Positions 1-14,535 of a stretch of 64,000 nt of DNA are shown piece after piece. A program made the position numbers and the translations under genes. Under the pieces are notes generated by a model. It made no database searches, was not told where the DNA came from, and saw nothing but the letters and a program-made list of their open reading frames with translations. The stretch's first letter is position 1. Every line of letters begins with the position of its first letter. Origin of the DNA: Nitrospirota bacterium (GTDB lineage: Bacteria; Nitrospirota; UBA9217); contig CAWIYV010000007.1 of the NCBI GenBank assembly GCA_963840455.1, positions 320,001 to 384,000 of the forward strand, in the 5' to 3' direction.

Positions 1-533
1 TACAAGGCCTGGTTCTGATCGAACCAAAGACCTATGGCGACGACCGGGGGGTGTTCCTCGAGATCTACAAACACTCCGACTTCGCCCGGTCCGGCATCCC
101 CGAACACTTCGTCCAGGACAACTATTCCCGCTCCGTCCGCGGCGTTCTGCGCGGGCTTCATTACCAGATGGATCCGAAGGCGCAGGGAAAGCTCGTTCGG
201 TGCGTGCGCGGGCGGATCTTCGATGTAGCCGTGGACATCAGGAAAGGATCTCCGACCTACGGGCTATGGGAGGGCAAGGAACTTTCCGGGGAGAACGGCC
301 TGATGCTGTTCATCCCGTCCGGCTTCGCCCACGGCTTCCTGACGCTAAGCGAATCTGCCGAGGTGCTGTACAAGTGCACCGAGGAATACTCGTCGGCGCA
401 CGACCGGGGGATCATCTGGAACGATCCGGACATCAATATCCCCTGGGCAAACACGGACCCGCTCCTGTCGGACAAGGACCGGCTCCATCCGCGGCTGCGG
501 GAAGCTGAGAACAACTTCCGTTATCCCTCATGA
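1..533 (+). CDS. rfbC: dTDP-4-dehydrorhamnose 3,5-epimerase (5' truncated by window edge)
   Basis: Motifs DDRG.F.E, QDNYSRS, LRGLHYQ, DVAVDIR, GFAHGF. The frame is open back to base 3, so the true start lies upstream of the window. Confidence 0.95.
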   Translation, partial: QGLVLIEPKTYGDDRGVFLEIYKHSDFARSGIPEHFVQDNYSRSVRGVLRGLHYQMDPKAQGKLVRCVRGRIFDVAVDIRKGSPTYGLWEGKELSGENGLMLFIPSGFAHGFLTLSESAEVLYKCTEEYSSAHDRGIIWNDPDINIPWANTDPLLSDKDRLHPRLREAENNFRYPS

Positions 534-1384
534 GATATCTCATTACCGGCAGGAACGGTCAGCTTGCGAAAGCATTCGTGCGGAGGCTGGAGTCGAGCGC
601 TGCGGACTACCTTGCCCCCGATGAGTCCCGGTGCGATATCACCAATGCTGCCTGCATCCGGGACATGGTGGGGTCAAGCCGCCCCGACGTCATCATCAAC
701 TGCGCGGCCTATAACCTGGTTGACCGGGCCGAGCAGGAGCAGGGCGCTGCGTTCGCCGTGAACGCTGATGGTCCCCGCATCCTGGCGGAGGCGGCGCAGG
801 ACCAGTGCGCGCTCCTGGTGCACTTCGGCTCTGACTATGTGTTCGACGGAACGAAGGAGAACGGTCTGTACCGAGAGGCCGATGCGACGAACCCCCTGAA
901 CGAATATGGCAGGAGCAAGCTTGCAGGGGAACGAGCAGTGCGGGGGATCCTGCCGGACCGCTCGCTCGTCTTCCGCTTGAGCTGGGTCTTCGGAGAGGGA
1001 CAGCAGAACTTCATTGTGAAGCTCCTCCAGTGGTCGAGCACCCAGGAGTTCCTTCGGGTTGCCAGTGACGAGGTCTCTGTCCCGACATGGACGGAGACCG
1101 TCGTCGAAGCGACCCTCAAGGCCCTGGAGCAGGGCGTGACGGGGCTGTATCATCTCACCAATAGCGGCTATTGTTCCCGCTTTGAATGGGCGAGGGCCAT
1201 TCTCCGGCAGAAAGGTATCGACAAGTTCGTCAGGCCTGTTTCCATGGACGTGTTCAACCTGCCGGCGAAGCGTCCGAAATTCTCCGCAATGAGCAATCAC
1301 ATGATCATCGACCGGTTGAACATCTTGCTGCCCTCCTGGGAGGAGGCGGTCGAACGTTTTCTCAGGGAGGAACGCAGCTCATGA
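530..1384 (+). CDS. rfbD: dTDP-4-dehydrorhamnose reductase
   Basis: GRNGQL, NCAAYN.VD.AE, SDYVFDG and [13 protein letters not shown] motifs; ATGA overlap with rfbC. Confidence 0.95.
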   Translation: MRYLITGRNGQLAKAFVRRLESSAADYLAPDESRCDITNAACIRDMVGSSRPDVIINCAAYNLVDRAEQEQGAAFAVNADGPRILAEAAQDQCALLVHFGSDYVFDGTKENGLYREADATNPLNEYGRSKLAGERAVRGILPDRSLVFRLSWVFGEGQQNFIVKLLQWSSTQEFLRVASDEVSVPTWTETVVEATLKALEQGVTGLYHLTNSGYCSRFEWARAILRQKGIDKFVRPVSMDVFNLPAKRPKFSAMSNHMIIDRLNILLPSWEEAVERFLREERSS

Positions 1385-2550
1385 ACCGAAGCCCGCACGT
1401 CGGCGACATTCAACATATCCTCGGGGACCACGCGACGACCATGCTGGTGACCGGCGGCGCCGGGTTCATCGGTTCGAACTTCATCCGCCATATCCTGAAG
1501 AGAACGGACTTTCGCGGGACAATCGTCAACTATGACAAGCTGACCTACGCGGGGAACCTGGCGAGCCTCGCGGACATCGAGCGGGAGTTCGGTGGAAAAC
1601 GGTACCTCTTCGAGCACGGGGACATCTGCGATCACCAACGGCTGGCGGACCTGTTCTCGAAGCAGCCGGTCTCGATCGTTGTCCACTTCGCGGCCGAGAG
1701 CCATGTGGACCGGTCCATCCACGGGCCAGCGGATTTCATCGAGACCAACATCAACGGGACCTTCCGACTGCTGGAAGCGTCGCGCAACGCATGGAAGGGC
1801 CGGAAGGATGTCCGTTTCCATCATGTCAGCACCGACGAGGTCTACGGATCGCTCGGCGCAACAGGGGCGTTCTTCGAGAACACGCCCTATGACCCGCGGA
1901 GCCCCTATTCTGCGTCCAAGGCGGCTTCGGACCACTTGGTGAGGGCATATTTCCATACCTACGGCCTGCCGGTGACCCTCTCGAACTGCTCGAACAACTA
2001 CGGGCCTTACCAGTTCCCGGAGAAGCTCATCCCTCTCGTGGTCCTGAACGCCCTGGAGGGGAAAGCCTTGCCGGTGTACGGCGACGGCAAGAACGTGCGG
2101 GACTGGCTGTACGTGGACGATCACTGCGAGGCGGTCTGGCAGATCCTGAGGCAGGGGTCCGCTGGTGAGACCTACAATGTCGGGGGCGAGTGCGAGAAGC
2201 AGAACATCGAGGTGGTGAGCGCGATCTGCGACGTCCTGGAGGAGCTTGCTCCGGCGAAAGATAATCCCGCGCTCTGCAGGCAAGGCGGCATTGCCCGTTA
2301 CCGGGACCAGATCGCCTTCATCCACGACCGGCCGGGACACGACCGCCGCTACGCCATCAACTGCGACAAGATCAAGCGCGAGCTCGGGTGGCGGCAGGAC
2401 CATGATTTTGAGAACGGCCTGCGTACGACCATCGCGTGGTACCTGCAGAACGCTGCTTGGATTGAAGGGATCCGGAGCGGCGAGTATCAGAAATGGATCG
2501 AGCGGAACTATGCCGCCAGAGCATCACACACGAACAGAGGGACAAAATGA
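1381..2550 (+). CDS. rfbB: dTDP-glucose 4,6-dehydratase
   Basis: [54 protein letters not shown]. Start taken at the ATG overlapping the rfbD stop. Confidence 0.95.
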   Translation: MNRSPHVGDIQHILGDHATTMLVTGGAGFIGSNFIRHILKRTDFRGTIVNYDKLTYAGNLASLADIEREFGGKRYLFEHGDICDHQRLADLFSKQPVSIVVHFAAESHVDRSIHGPADFIETNINGTFRLLEASRNAWKGRKDVRFHHVSTDEVYGSLGATGAFFENTPYDPRSPYSASKAASDHLVRAYFHTYGLPVTLSNCSNNYGPYQFPEKLIPLVVLNALEGKALPVYGDGKNVRDWLYVDDHCEAVWQILRQGSAGETYNVGGECEKQNIEVVSAICDVLEELAPAKDNPALCRQGGIARYRDQIAFIHDRPGHDRRYAINCDKIKRELGWRQDHDFENGLRTTIAWYLQNAAWIEGIRSGEYQKWIERNYAARASHTNRGTK

Positions 2551-3881
2551 AGATCTCAGTTATCGGAACAGGATATGTCGGCCTGGTGACCGGCACCTGT
2601 CTTGCCGAGAGCGGCAACCAGGTTATATGCATGGACATCGACGAGCGTAAGATCGAGATGCTGAACGAGGGCAAGGTACCGATCTACGAGCCCGGCCTTG
2701 ACGAGCTCATCAAACGGAACACGGCCCATGCGAGGCTCTCCTTCACCACGGACATGGCGTCTGCCGTGCGGAACGCGGACATCATCTTCATCGCCGTCGG
2801 CACGCCGCCGGGCGCGGACGGCTCGGCGGACCTTAAATACGTGCTCGGCGTGGCCCGGAAGATCGGAAGGTTCATGAACCGCTACAAGGTCGTGGTGAAC
2901 AAGAGCACGGTCCCCGTGGGGACCGGCGACAAGGTCCGGGCGGCGGTCGCTTCCCGAACGAAGCATTCGTTCGAAGTGGTGTCGAATCCGGAGTTCCTGA
3001 AAGAAGGCGCCGCCATCGAGGACTTCATGAAGCCAGACCGCGTTGTGATCGGCGCCGAGAGCCTGAAGGCGATACAGCTTATGAACGAGCTGTACGCACC
3101 CTTTGTTCGCACGGGAAAGCCCATCCTTGTCATGGACATCCGGAGCGCGGAAATGACCAAGTATGCCTCCAACGCCATGCTGGCGACCAAGATATCGTTC
3201 ATCAACGAGATGGCGAACATCTGCGGCAGCCTCGGCGCGGACATCGACAGTGTGCGGAAGGGGATGGGTTACGACAAACGCATCGGGTTCGAATTCCTGT
3301 TCCCCGGCGTCGGCTACGGTGGTTCCTGCTTCCCCAAGGATGTCAGAGCGCTGGTGCAGACGGCGCAGGACCATAACGTCCCCGCCACGGTCCTGAAGGC
3401 CGTTGAGGCCGTGAACGAGGAACAGAAAAAGATGCTCTTCCGGATGGTCGTGGAGCACTTCCGGGCAAAGACCGGCAGAAAACGGCCGTTGGGAAAAAAG
3501 CCCTTGGCCGGCAGGAGCATTGCCGTGTGGGGGCTGTCGTTCAAGCCGCGCACCGACGACATGCGCGAGGCGCCGTCGGTGGTGATCATCAAGAACCTCC
3601 TGCAGGCGGGAGCCGAGATCAAGGCGCACGACCCGGTTGCCATGAACGAGGCATACAAGATCTTCAAGGAACGGATCTTCCTGGCCGGGGATAGCTACGA
3701 TGCTCTCAAGGGAGCCGACGCGCTTGCTGTTGTGACGGAATGGAACGAGTTCAGGACGCCCGACTTCGCACGGATGAAGAAGCTTATGAGGACACCGGTC
3801 ATTTTTGACGGCAGGAACATCTACAACCAGGATGAGCTGCGGCAGCTGGGCTTTACCTATTACGGGATGGGAAGACGGTAG
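2547..3881 (+). CDS. ugd: UDP-glucose 6-dehydrogenase
   Basis: [44 protein letters not shown]; ATG at 2547 after GAGG. Confidence 0.95.
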   Translation: MKISVIGTGYVGLVTGTCLAESGNQVICMDIDERKIEMLNEGKVPIYEPGLDELIKRNTAHARLSFTTDMASAVRNADIIFIAVGTPPGADGSADLKYVLGVARKIGRFMNRYKVVVNKSTVPVGTGDKVRAAVASRTKHSFEVVSNPEFLKEGAAIEDFMKPDRVVIGAESLKAIQLMNELYAPFVRTGKPILVMDIRSAEMTKYASNAMLATKISFINEMANICGSLGADIDSVRKGMGYDKRIGFEFLFPGVGYGGSCFPKDVRALVQTAQDHNVPATVLKAVEAVNEEQKKMLFRMVVEHFRAKTGRKRPLGKKPLAGRSIAVWGLSFKPRTDDMREAPSVVIIKNLLQAGAEIKAHDPVAMNEAYKIFKERIFLAGDSYDALKGADALAVVTEWNEFRTPDFARMKKLMRTPVIFDGRNIYNQDELRQLGFTYYGMGRR

Positions 3882-3975
3882 AAGGATGATGGGCTTGGTA
3901 AGACAGGCTCATGCTCGTGCTTTTACTGAGCCGGGACCTTGACCTTGCTACGCGTCTTTTTAAGGGGTATGTGCC

Positions 3976-4916
3976 ATGAGAATACTTGTTACCGGCGGCG
4001 CGGGATTCTTGGGGTCGCACCTGTGCGAACGGCTGCTTAAAGAAGGGCACGAGGTCGTCTGCCTCGACAATTTTTTTACGGGAAGACGGAGAAATATCCA
4101 CCCCTATCTCGCGAATCCCGATTTCGAACTGGTCCGCCACGACGTCGTCGAGCCGATCCTGCTGGAGGTTGACCGGATCTATCACCTGGCCTGTCCTGCC
4201 TCGCCGGTCCATTACCAGTACAACCCGGTCAAGACGATCAAGACCAATGTGCTGGGGACCCACAACATGCTCGGCCTGGCGAAACGCACACGGGCGAGGT
4301 TCCTGCTGGCGTCCACGTCCGAGGTCTACGGAGACCCCAAGGTGCATCCCCAGACAGAGGACTATTGGGGCAATGTGAATCCCATCGGCTTCCGGAGCTG
4401 CTACGACGAGGGGAAGCGCGTGGCCGAGACCTTCACTATGGATTACCACCGCCAGAACCGCGTTGACGTCAGGATCGTGCGCATTTTCAACACCTACGGA
4501 CCGCGCATGCTGGCAGACGATGGAAGGGTTGTGAGCAACTTCATCGTCCAGGCCCTCAAGGGGGACGATATCACCGTGTACGGGGACGGCTCTCAGACCC
4601 GGTCGTTCTGCTATGTTGATGATCTCGTTGACGGCCTGGCGCGGATGATGGAGAACGATGGATTCATCGGCCCAGTGAACCTGGGGAATCCGCGGGAGTT
4701 CACCATCCTGGAACTTGCGAAGAAGATCATCGCCATGACCGGCTCCCGCTCGAAGATCGTACTGAAACCGCTGCCGTCAGACGACCCGACCCAGCGTCAG
4801 CCGGACATCGCCCTGGCGAAGCAGAAGCTCGGATGGCAGCCGAAGGTGGACGTGGACAACGGCTTCAACGTGACGATCGATTATTTCCGGAAGGAGCTCG
4901 CCAGGCACGGGCGCGG

Positions 4917-4920
<4 letters not shown>
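3976..4920 (+). CDS. UDP-glucuronate decarboxylase (UDP-xylose synthase)
   Basis: [53 protein letters not shown], all typical of the UXS family. Confidence 0.92.
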
Positions 4921-8195
<3,275 letters not shown>

Positions 8196-8199
<4 letters not shown>

Positions 8200-9167
8200 G
8201 CCAAGAACAGGCAAAGCGAGTGCTCAGGATCGAAGCGGACGCCGTTGCCCGCCTCATCGACCGCATCGACGAGAACTTTGACAAGGCAGTGGACCTGATC
8301 ATGGGCTGCCGGGGCCGCGTCGTCGTCACCGGCATGGGAAAGTCCGGCCATATCGGAAACAAGATCGCCGCGACCCTGGCCTCGACCGGTACGCCGGCGC
8401 TGTTCCTGCACCCTGCTGAGGGGATCCACGGCGACCTGGGCATGGTCACGAAAGGGGACATTGTCATCGCTCTTTCGAACAGCGGAGAGACCGAAGAACT
8501 ATCACGGATGCTCCCGTCGCTTAAACGGATCGGCATCAGGATCATTGCCCTTACCGGCAACCCCGATTCGACCCTAGCCAAGAGCAGCGACGTGGTCATC
8601 GACGTGGGGGTGAAGGAGGAGGCGTGCCCCCTTGGGCTTGCTCCGACCGCCAGTACGACCGCAACGCTTGCCATGGGAGACGCCCTCGCGGTCGTTCTGC
8701 TCGACCGGCGGGGGTTCAAGGAAGAGGACTTCGCCTGCTATCATCCCGGAGGGGCGCTGGGAAAGCGGCTGCTCCTTCGCGTACAGGATATCATGCACAC
8801 CGGGGACGCTATCCCGAAAGTGACTGAAGAGGCGCTCGTGAAAGATGCGATCTACGAGATATCGTCCAAGAAGATGGGCGTCACGGCGGTCCTCGACACG
8901 GCAGGAAGGCTCGTTGGCGTGATCTCCGACGGGGACCTGCGGCGCTGGATGGAACGGACGGAAAAGACGGGGGAGAACCTTCTTGCGAAAAAGGCTAGGG
9001 AGATCATGACCAGGGACCCCAAGGTGATCGGGAAGGAAGCACTGGCTGCGGAGGCGGTGGCGATCATGGAAACCAGCTCGATCACCTGCCTCCTCATCCT
9101 CGATCCCGGGAAACGCCCTGAAGGCGTGATCCATCTTCACGACCTCCTGAAGGCGGGCGTAGTGTAG
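8196..9167 (+). CDS. kdsD: Arabinose-5-phosphate isomerase (SIS + CBS domains)
   Basis: GMGKSGHIG, HGDLG, LAPTAST, HPGGALG and a C-terminal CBS pair. Confidence 0.95.
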
Positions 9168-9204
9168 CTTGTCATACAACAGAAAATTAGAATCTCTCTT
9201 CCCT

Positions 9205-9726
9205 ATGAAAAAAAACGCACAACCAACCCTTCGATCGAAAGCGAAAAAGATCAAGCTGCTCCTGCTCGACGTGGATGGCGTCCTGACGGACGGCAGGATC
9301 ATCCTGGACAACCAGGGCAACGAGCTCAAGGCTTTCCATGTTCGGGACGGACACGGGATCAAGCTTGCTCAGCGGGCGGGGATCGTCATCGGGATCATCA
9401 CCGGCAGGAAGGCGGAGGTCGTGAACGTGCGCGCCCGGGAACTTGGCATCGGGGAGGTCCACCAAGGGGCGCTGGAAAAGATCAGTGTTTACGAGGCCCT
9501 GCTCGAGAAATACGGCCTCCGGGACGACGAGGCAGCCTTCATCGGGGATGATATCGTCGACGTGGGGATCCTCAAGCGGGTGGGGTTCGCGGTAACCGTA
9601 GCGGACTGTGATCCTGCCGTGAAGCCTTATGCGGACATGATCACCCAGGCAAAAGGAGGAAGGGGAGCGGTCCGCGAAGTGATCAACCTGCTGCTGGCAA
9701 GCCAGGGCAAAAAGCCAGCACTATGA
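9205..9726 (+). CDS. kdsC: KDO-8-phosphate phosphatase (HAD family)
   Basis: DVDGVLTDG, F.VRDGHG, GDDIVD, GGRGAVRE; ATG at 9205. Confidence 0.93.
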   Translation: MKKNAQPTLRSKAKKIKLLLLDVDGVLTDGRIILDNQGNELKAFHVRDGHGIKLAQRAGIVIGIITGRKAEVVNVRARELGIGEVHQGALEKISVYEALLEKYGLRDDEAAFIGDDIVDVGILKRVGFAVTVADCDPAVKPYADMITQAKGGRGAVREVINLLLASQGKKPAL

Positions 9727-10622
9727 GTACGAGTTTCACCAAGGTACGAAAGCGCTTCAGCCGTATCTTCCTCGTGCTGTTCACGAAAACGATCGGCCCG
9801 TTCGCCCGGCTCCTGCCCTACCCGGTGGCCGTCGCCGCAGGAGGGATGCTCGGCCGCCTGTCCTATCATCTGCTTCCCCGCGAGCGGAAACGCGCACTCG
9901 CCCATCTCGCCCTGGCCTTTCCGGACCGGGAGTCCTCTTGGATCAAGCGTACGGCGAGAAAGACCTTTGTCCATCTCGGCAAGGCATTAATGGAGACCGT
10001 CGCGATCACACCCCGTCGCATGACGGCGGTCGTCAACACACAGGGGCTTGAGAATATCCAGACAGCACTTGACCGGAGAAAAGGGATCGTCTATTTTACC
10101 GGCCACATAGGCAACTGGGAGCTGATGGCCGGTGCGGTTGCCAGATCCTTTCCCGTTAGCGTTGTCGCTGCGCCACTCGAGCCGGAACCGGTCAATGAAA
10201 TGATCGTCCGGCTTCGGAACAGGATGGGTGTCAAGACCATCCTCAGGAACAGACCGGGCGCTGCCAAGGAGCTAATCAGAATCTTCCGGGAGAACCGGAT
10301 CCTCGGCATCCTGATCGATCAGGACACCGATGTGGAAGGGGCGTTCGTGGATTTCATGGGAAGACCCGCCTGGACGCCGACGGCAGCGGCCCAGATGGCC
10401 ATTAAATTCGGCGCTCCGGTGCTTTTTGGTTACATCCAGCGGAATGACGATGACCGGCACACGATCACCATCGAGGGCCCCCTGGACCTGGCAAGGACCG
10501 GAAACGACGAAGAGGATATCAGGACCAATACCGCCATGTTCACAAAAAAGATCGAAGAAGTCATACGTCGGACCCCGGAACAGTGGGTTTGGATGCATCG
10601 CCGATGGAGACGACAACCATGA
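9723..10622 (+). CDS. Lipid A late acyltransferase (LpxL/HtrB family)
   Basis: GHIGNWE, LIDQD, FMGRPA, PEQWVWMHRRW; located next to the kds genes. Confidence 0.9.
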   Translation: MSTSFTKVRKRFSRIFLVLFTKTIGPFARLLPYPVAVAAGGMLGRLSYHLLPRERKRALAHLALAFPDRESSWIKRTARKTFVHLGKALMETVAITPRRMTAVVNTQGLENIQTALDRRKGIVYFTGHIGNWELMAGAVARSFPVSVVAAPLEPEPVNEMIVRLRNRMGVKTILRNRPGAAKELIRIFRENRILGILIDQDTDVEGAFVDFMGRPAWTPTAAAQMAIKFGAPVLFGYIQRNDDDRHTITIEGPLDLARTGNDEEDIRTNTAMFTKKIEEVIRRTPEQWVWMHRRWRRQP

Positions 10623-11152
10623 ACGTGCCGAATCTACTGTCCATCAGCAGGATCCTCGCGGTGCCGGTCTTTATCGTGCTCATGCTCGAACCGACACCGC
10701 TCCGCGCCCTGCTTGCCGGGATCGTGTTCTCCATCGCCTCGGCCACGGACTGGCTCGACGGTTACCTGGCCCGGAAATGGGGACAGGTAACGAAGATCGG
10801 CAAACTGCTCGATCCCATTGCCGACAAGATCCTGGTGGCCTCGGCACTCATCATGCTCGTGGACATCGCGCGGATCCCCTCATGGATCGCCATCATCATC
10901 ATTGGCCGCGAGATTGCCATTACCGGACTCCGGGCAATGGCTGCGTCAGAGGGGATCGTCATAGCGGCGGAGAACATGGGGAAGTGGAAGGTCGGGGCCC
11001 AGATCACCGCCGTGCTCTGTCTGGTGCTGGACTATCATCTGGGAACGGAATGGATCAGTGATGTCGGGCGGATCGCCATTTTCATTGCCATGATACTGGC
11101 GGTCGTCTCCGGTATGCGGTACATCATCGACTACTGGAAAAGGGCGGGATAA
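10619..11152 (+). CDS. pgsA: CDP-diacylglycerol--glycerol-3-phosphate 3-phosphatidyltransferase
   Basis: MNVPNLLS.SR start and the CDP-alcohol phosphotransferase signature DWLDGYLAR...GKLLDPIADK. Confidence 0.93.
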   Translation: MNVPNLLSISRILAVPVFIVLMLEPTPLRALLAGIVFSIASATDWLDGYLARKWGQVTKIGKLLDPIADKILVASALIMLVDIARIPSWIAIIIIGREIAITGLRAMAASEGIVIAAENMGKWKVGAQITAVLCLVLDYHLGTEWISDVGRIAIFIAMILAVVSGMRYIIDYWKRAG

Positions 11153-11155
11153 GGA

Positions 11156-11755
11156 ATGGGACCGGTCCAGGCGGTGTACCTGCTCGGCGCCTATCTTGTC
11201 GGGGCCATTCCCTTCGGGCTCCTCTTCGGAAAGGCGCTGGGCGGGGTGGACGTGCGGGCCGTGGGCAGCGGGAACATCGGCGCCACGAACGTGCTGCGCG
11301 CAGCGGGAAAAAAGGCCGCTATTCTGACGCTTGTTGCAGACTGCCTGAAAGGTCTTTTCCCGGTCCTGCTGGCCGCAAGGCTTTTTTCCTCTGAGCTCAT
11401 CTCCGTGCTCAGCGGTGTTGCTGCAATCCTGGGACACAACTTTCCCGTCTACCTCAGGTTCAAGGGCGGCAAGGGCGTGGCCACCAGCTTCGGGGTTGTA
11501 CTCGCGGTCGCGCCCGGAACCGGTCTCGTCTGCCTGATCGCCTGGGCAGCCACAGCCGTTTTCTGGAAGTACTCCTCCCTCTCCGCCCTCATTGCGTTCA
11601 CTCTGTATCCGCTCGTCACCTTTGCCGTTCACGGGGAATCGAAGCCGCAGGGATTCCTTTCGCTCTTTGTATTCGGAATGATCTATTACCGCCATCGGGA
11701 GAACATCAAGCGCCTGATCGCCGGGACGGAATCGAAGATCGGACAGAAACAATAG
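11156..11755 (+). CDS. plsY: Acyl-phosphate:glycerol-3-phosphate acyltransferase
   Basis: GSGNIGATNVLR, GHNFP, FKGGKGVAT, HRENIKRL. Confidence 0.95.
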   Translation: MGPVQAVYLLGAYLVGAIPFGLLFGKALGGVDVRAVGSGNIGATNVLRAAGKKAAILTLVADCLKGLFPVLLAARLFSSELISVLSGVAAILGHNFPVYLRFKGGKGVATSFGVVLAVAPGTGLVCLIAWAATAVFWKYSSLSALIAFTLYPLVTFAVHGESKPQGFLSLFVFGMIYYRHRENIKRLIAGTESKIGQKQ

Positions 11756-11825
11756 GCATGGACCAGCCAGGCGCGGATAGGGCAGGACAGGGTGATCGCT
11801 CTCGTGTGCGAGAACATCTCAGTAC

Positions 11826-12259
11826 ATGGCAGCTCCTACTGCGGTCTCTATTGTCCTGATCATGGTCATGGCCATGAGACCATCGCCGAAACTTCTCCAT
11901 ATCAGACACATTGACAAGTATCTGCATGCTCTGGCCTATGACATTCTTGCCGTCCTGTCGTGCCGGTCCTTTGTCAGGACCGGCGTCCGCAGTGCCGCCG
12001 TATCCATCTTCCTGCTGGGGCTTGTCGTGGGATGAGCGTCGAGGGGGTCCAGGCGCTCGGCAGGGTGCGGACAGCAGACCGGTACGAGCTCGTGGCGGAC
12101 GCGATCGGGACCATCATCGGAACGCTGATTTTCGCTTTGTCCCTGAGGCCGGGAGCAGACCGGCTTTGCCGGGCTCAACGCGTAAGGCAACATAAACTGC
12201 GCATCGGCGCCCACTCGGGGCAGATGACCAGGACGGCAGCCGGTCTCTCCAGCGGTTGA
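11826..12259 (+). pseudogene. VanZ-like membrane protein with an apparent frameshift (possible sequencing error)
   Basis: DKYLHALAY in one frame and E.VQ...R.AD...L.ADAIG in another. The frames join if one G is added to the G run near 12029-12031. Confidence 0.6.
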
Positions 12260-12261
12260 CG

Positions 12262-12290
12262 TTGACAAAGAAGGCATGTGCTGATATTAT
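12262..12290 (+). promoter_or_regulatory. sigma70-type promoter for the DUF62 gene
   Basis: TTGACA-17 bp-TATTAT with an extended -10 TG. Confidence 0.65.
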
Positions 12291-12338
12291 TTGCTCACGC
12301 TGGAACGGATGGGATAGGTCCTCCGCACGAGGGGTGCG

Positions 12339-13148
12339 ATGTCAACCATCATAACGCTCACAACTGATTACGGGACGCGGGACTCCTTCGTGGCGAGCAT
12401 GAAGGGCATCATCCTCAGGACAAACCCGCAGGTCCAGATCCTCGACATCACCCACGAGATCGCGCCCCAGGACATCTGGGAGGCGGCATTCACCCTGAAG
12501 AGCGTCTATGACCAGTTTCCCAAGGGCACGGTGCACCTCGCGGTCGTCGATCCGGGCGTGGGGAGCGGCCGGCGACCGATCATCGTCGTGACCGAGGGAT
12601 ACTTCTTCGTCGGTCCGGACAACGGTCTGTTCAGCATGATCTACCGCGACGCCGAACGTCTTCGTGTTCATCACATCACGTCAGGACATTACTTCGTCGC
12701 GAGCCCGGGTCCTACCTTCCACGGACGGGACATATTCGCCCCGGTCGCCGCATGGCTCACCAAGGGCATCCCTTCGGGCAATTTCGGCGACGAGATCACG
12801 GACTTCGTCAAACTGAACGTTCCGGTCCCCAAACGGACCGACAGCAGCATCGACGGCCACGTGGTTCATGCCGACCGTTTCGGCAACATCATCACGAACA
12901 TTACCTATAAGGACCTGCAGTCCCTCATCCCGGAGGGCGGCACTATGGGCCCGGTTACGGTCACCGTAATGGGCAAAGAGATCAAGGGGATGAAGAAGTT
13001 CTATGCCGAGGCTGCCCCGGGAGAGCCGGGCGTCATCATCAACAGCTCCGGCCATCTCGAGATCTTCCTGTTCCGTCAGAACGCCCGTACGGCCCTCGCC
13101 ATCAAGCGCGGCGAGGTCGTTCGTCTCACGGTCAATCCCGCTGCCTGA
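12339..13148 (+). CDS. SAM hydroxide adenosyltransferase / SAM-dependent halogenase family (DUF62)
   Basis: LTTDYG, VVDPGVGS.R, GPDNG, TFHGRDIFAP, DRFGNIITN. Confidence 0.9.
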   Translation: MSTIITLTTDYGTRDSFVASMKGIILRTNPQVQILDITHEIAPQDIWEAAFTLKSVYDQFPKGTVHLAVVDPGVGSGRRPIIVVTEGYFFVGPDNGLFSMIYRDAERLRVHHITSGHYFVASPGPTFHGRDIFAPVAAWLTKGIPSGNFGDEITDFVKLNVPVPKRTDSSIDGHVVHADRFGNIITNITYKDLQSLIPEGGTMGPVTVTVMGKEIKGMKKFYAEAAPGEPGVIINSSGHLEIFLFRQNARTALAIKRGEVVRLTVNPAA

Positions 13149-13186
13149 TCGCCGGCTGTCGCATACCCCCGATATGAAGATCTGTG

Positions 13187-13215
13187 TTGTCTCCGGCCAA
13201 CCCCCGCAGTATAAT
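13187..13215 (+). promoter_or_regulatory. sigma70 promoter, probably giving a leaderless miaB mRNA
   Basis: TTGTCT-17 bp-TATAAT followed by 6 nt and then the ATG at 13222; no SD. Confidence 0.6.
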
Positions 13216-13221
13216 GCCCGC

Positions 13222-14535
13222 ATGAGATCATTTCACATCATTACCTTCGGCTGCCAGATGAACGAGCACGACTCTGAACGCATGGCAGGGATCCTCGAGG
13301 CGCAGGGGTTCGTTCCCGCTGCTTCAGCCGATGACGCTGAAATGGTTATCCTGAACACGTGCAGCATCAGGGATAAAGCGGAACAGAAGTTCTACAGCGA
13401 ACTGGGAAGGCTTGCACACCTCAAGGGCAGGGGCGGGAAAGAGGTCACGATTGCGGTCGCAGGCTGCATCGCGCAGCAAGAGGGGGAGAAACTGCTCTCC
13501 CGTACGCCGTCGGTGGACATGGTGATCGGGCCTTCGGACATTGCGCGGCTGTCCACCATGATCGAGAAGAACCGGGAATCCGGTAGGCCTGTCGTTGAGA
13601 CGGACGGAGACCCGGAGTACCACCAGAGGCTGGTGCCTGCGTCAAGGTCCGATGGTCTCAAGGCGTGGGTCTCCATCATGTACGGCTGCGACAATTTCTG
13701 CACCTATTGTGTCGTTCCCTATCTTCGGGGCAGGGAGCGGTCCCGTCCTTCCCGCGACATCATTGCTGAGGTGCGGGGCCTTGCGGGGCAGGGCTACCGT
13801 GAGGTCACGCTCCTCGGCCAGAACGTCAACTCCTACGGCAAAGGCCTGGAGGAAGCCTGTACGTTCCCGGAATTGCTCCGCATGATGCAGGATGTTGACG
13901 GCATCGAGCGGATCCGGTTCGTCACCTCCCATCCCCGTGATCTTTCGGACGCGCTCATCGGAGCCATCCGCGACCTTGCGAAGGTGTGCGAGTCGATCCA
14001 CCTGCCTGTGCAGAGCGGCGCCGACCGCGTCCTCGCGTTAATGAACCGTCGTTATACGTCGGCAGTGTACCTCGATACGGTAAGGAAGCTGCGGAGCGCT
14101 GTACCGGACATGGCGATAACCACGGACATCATTGTCGGCTTCCCGGGTGAGACCGCTGACGACTTCGCCTGCACGATGCAGCTCCTGCAGGAAGTCGAAT
14201 ATGACAATATCTTTGCGTTCAAGTATTCCCAGAGGCCCCATACGAAGGCCCTTGGCCTTCCGGGGCAGCTTATGGAGGAGGTGAAGGATAAACGTCTGGC
14301 GCAGGTATTGGATCTCCAGAAGGGGATATCGCTCCGGAAGAACGAACAGCACATTGGAAGCGTGCAGGAGGTACTTGTCGAGGGAGCGAGCAAGAAGGGA
14401 GGCATGCTCACCGGCAGGACGCGCGGAAACAAGGCGGTGAACTTTTTTGGCCCGGCATACCTGCGCGGATCGTTCGTCGACCTGAGGATCACCACGGCAG
14501 GGCCCAACTCACTTTCCGGAGAACTATGCGAGTAG
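13222..14535 (+). CDS. miaB: tRNA-2-methylthio-N6-dimethylallyladenosine synthase
   Basis: TFGCQMNEHDSE, NTCSIR, GCIAQ, CDNFCTYC radical SAM motif, GRERSR, TRAM domain. Confidence 0.93.
   Translation: MRSFHIITFGCQMNEHDSERMAGILEAQGFVPAASADDAEMVILNTCSIRDKAEQKFYSELGRLAHLKGRGGKEVTIAVAGCIAQQEGEKLLSRTPSVDMVIGPSDIARLSTMIEKNRESGRPVVETDGDPEYHQRLVPASRSDGLKAWVSIMYGCDNFCTYCVVPYLRGRERSRPSRDIIAEVRGLAGQGYREVTLLGQNVNSYGKGLEEACTFPELLRMMQDVDGIERIRFVTSHPRDLSDALIGAIRDLAKVCESIHLPVQSGADRVLALMNRRYTSAVYLDTVRKLRSAVPDMAITTDIIVGFPGETADDFACTMQLLQEVEYDNIFAFKYSQRPHTKALGLPGQLMEEVKDKRLAQVLDLQKGISLRKNEQHIGSVQEVLVEGASKKGGMLTGRTRGNKAVNFFGPAYLRGSFVDLRITTAGPNSLSGELCE

Noticed and set aside
12339-13148. Fluorinase or chlorinase for halometabolite synthesis
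   Set aside because: The context is housekeeping, and the TFHGRD and DRFGN motifs are shared with the common DUF62 hydrolases. No secondary-metabolite genes are nearby.
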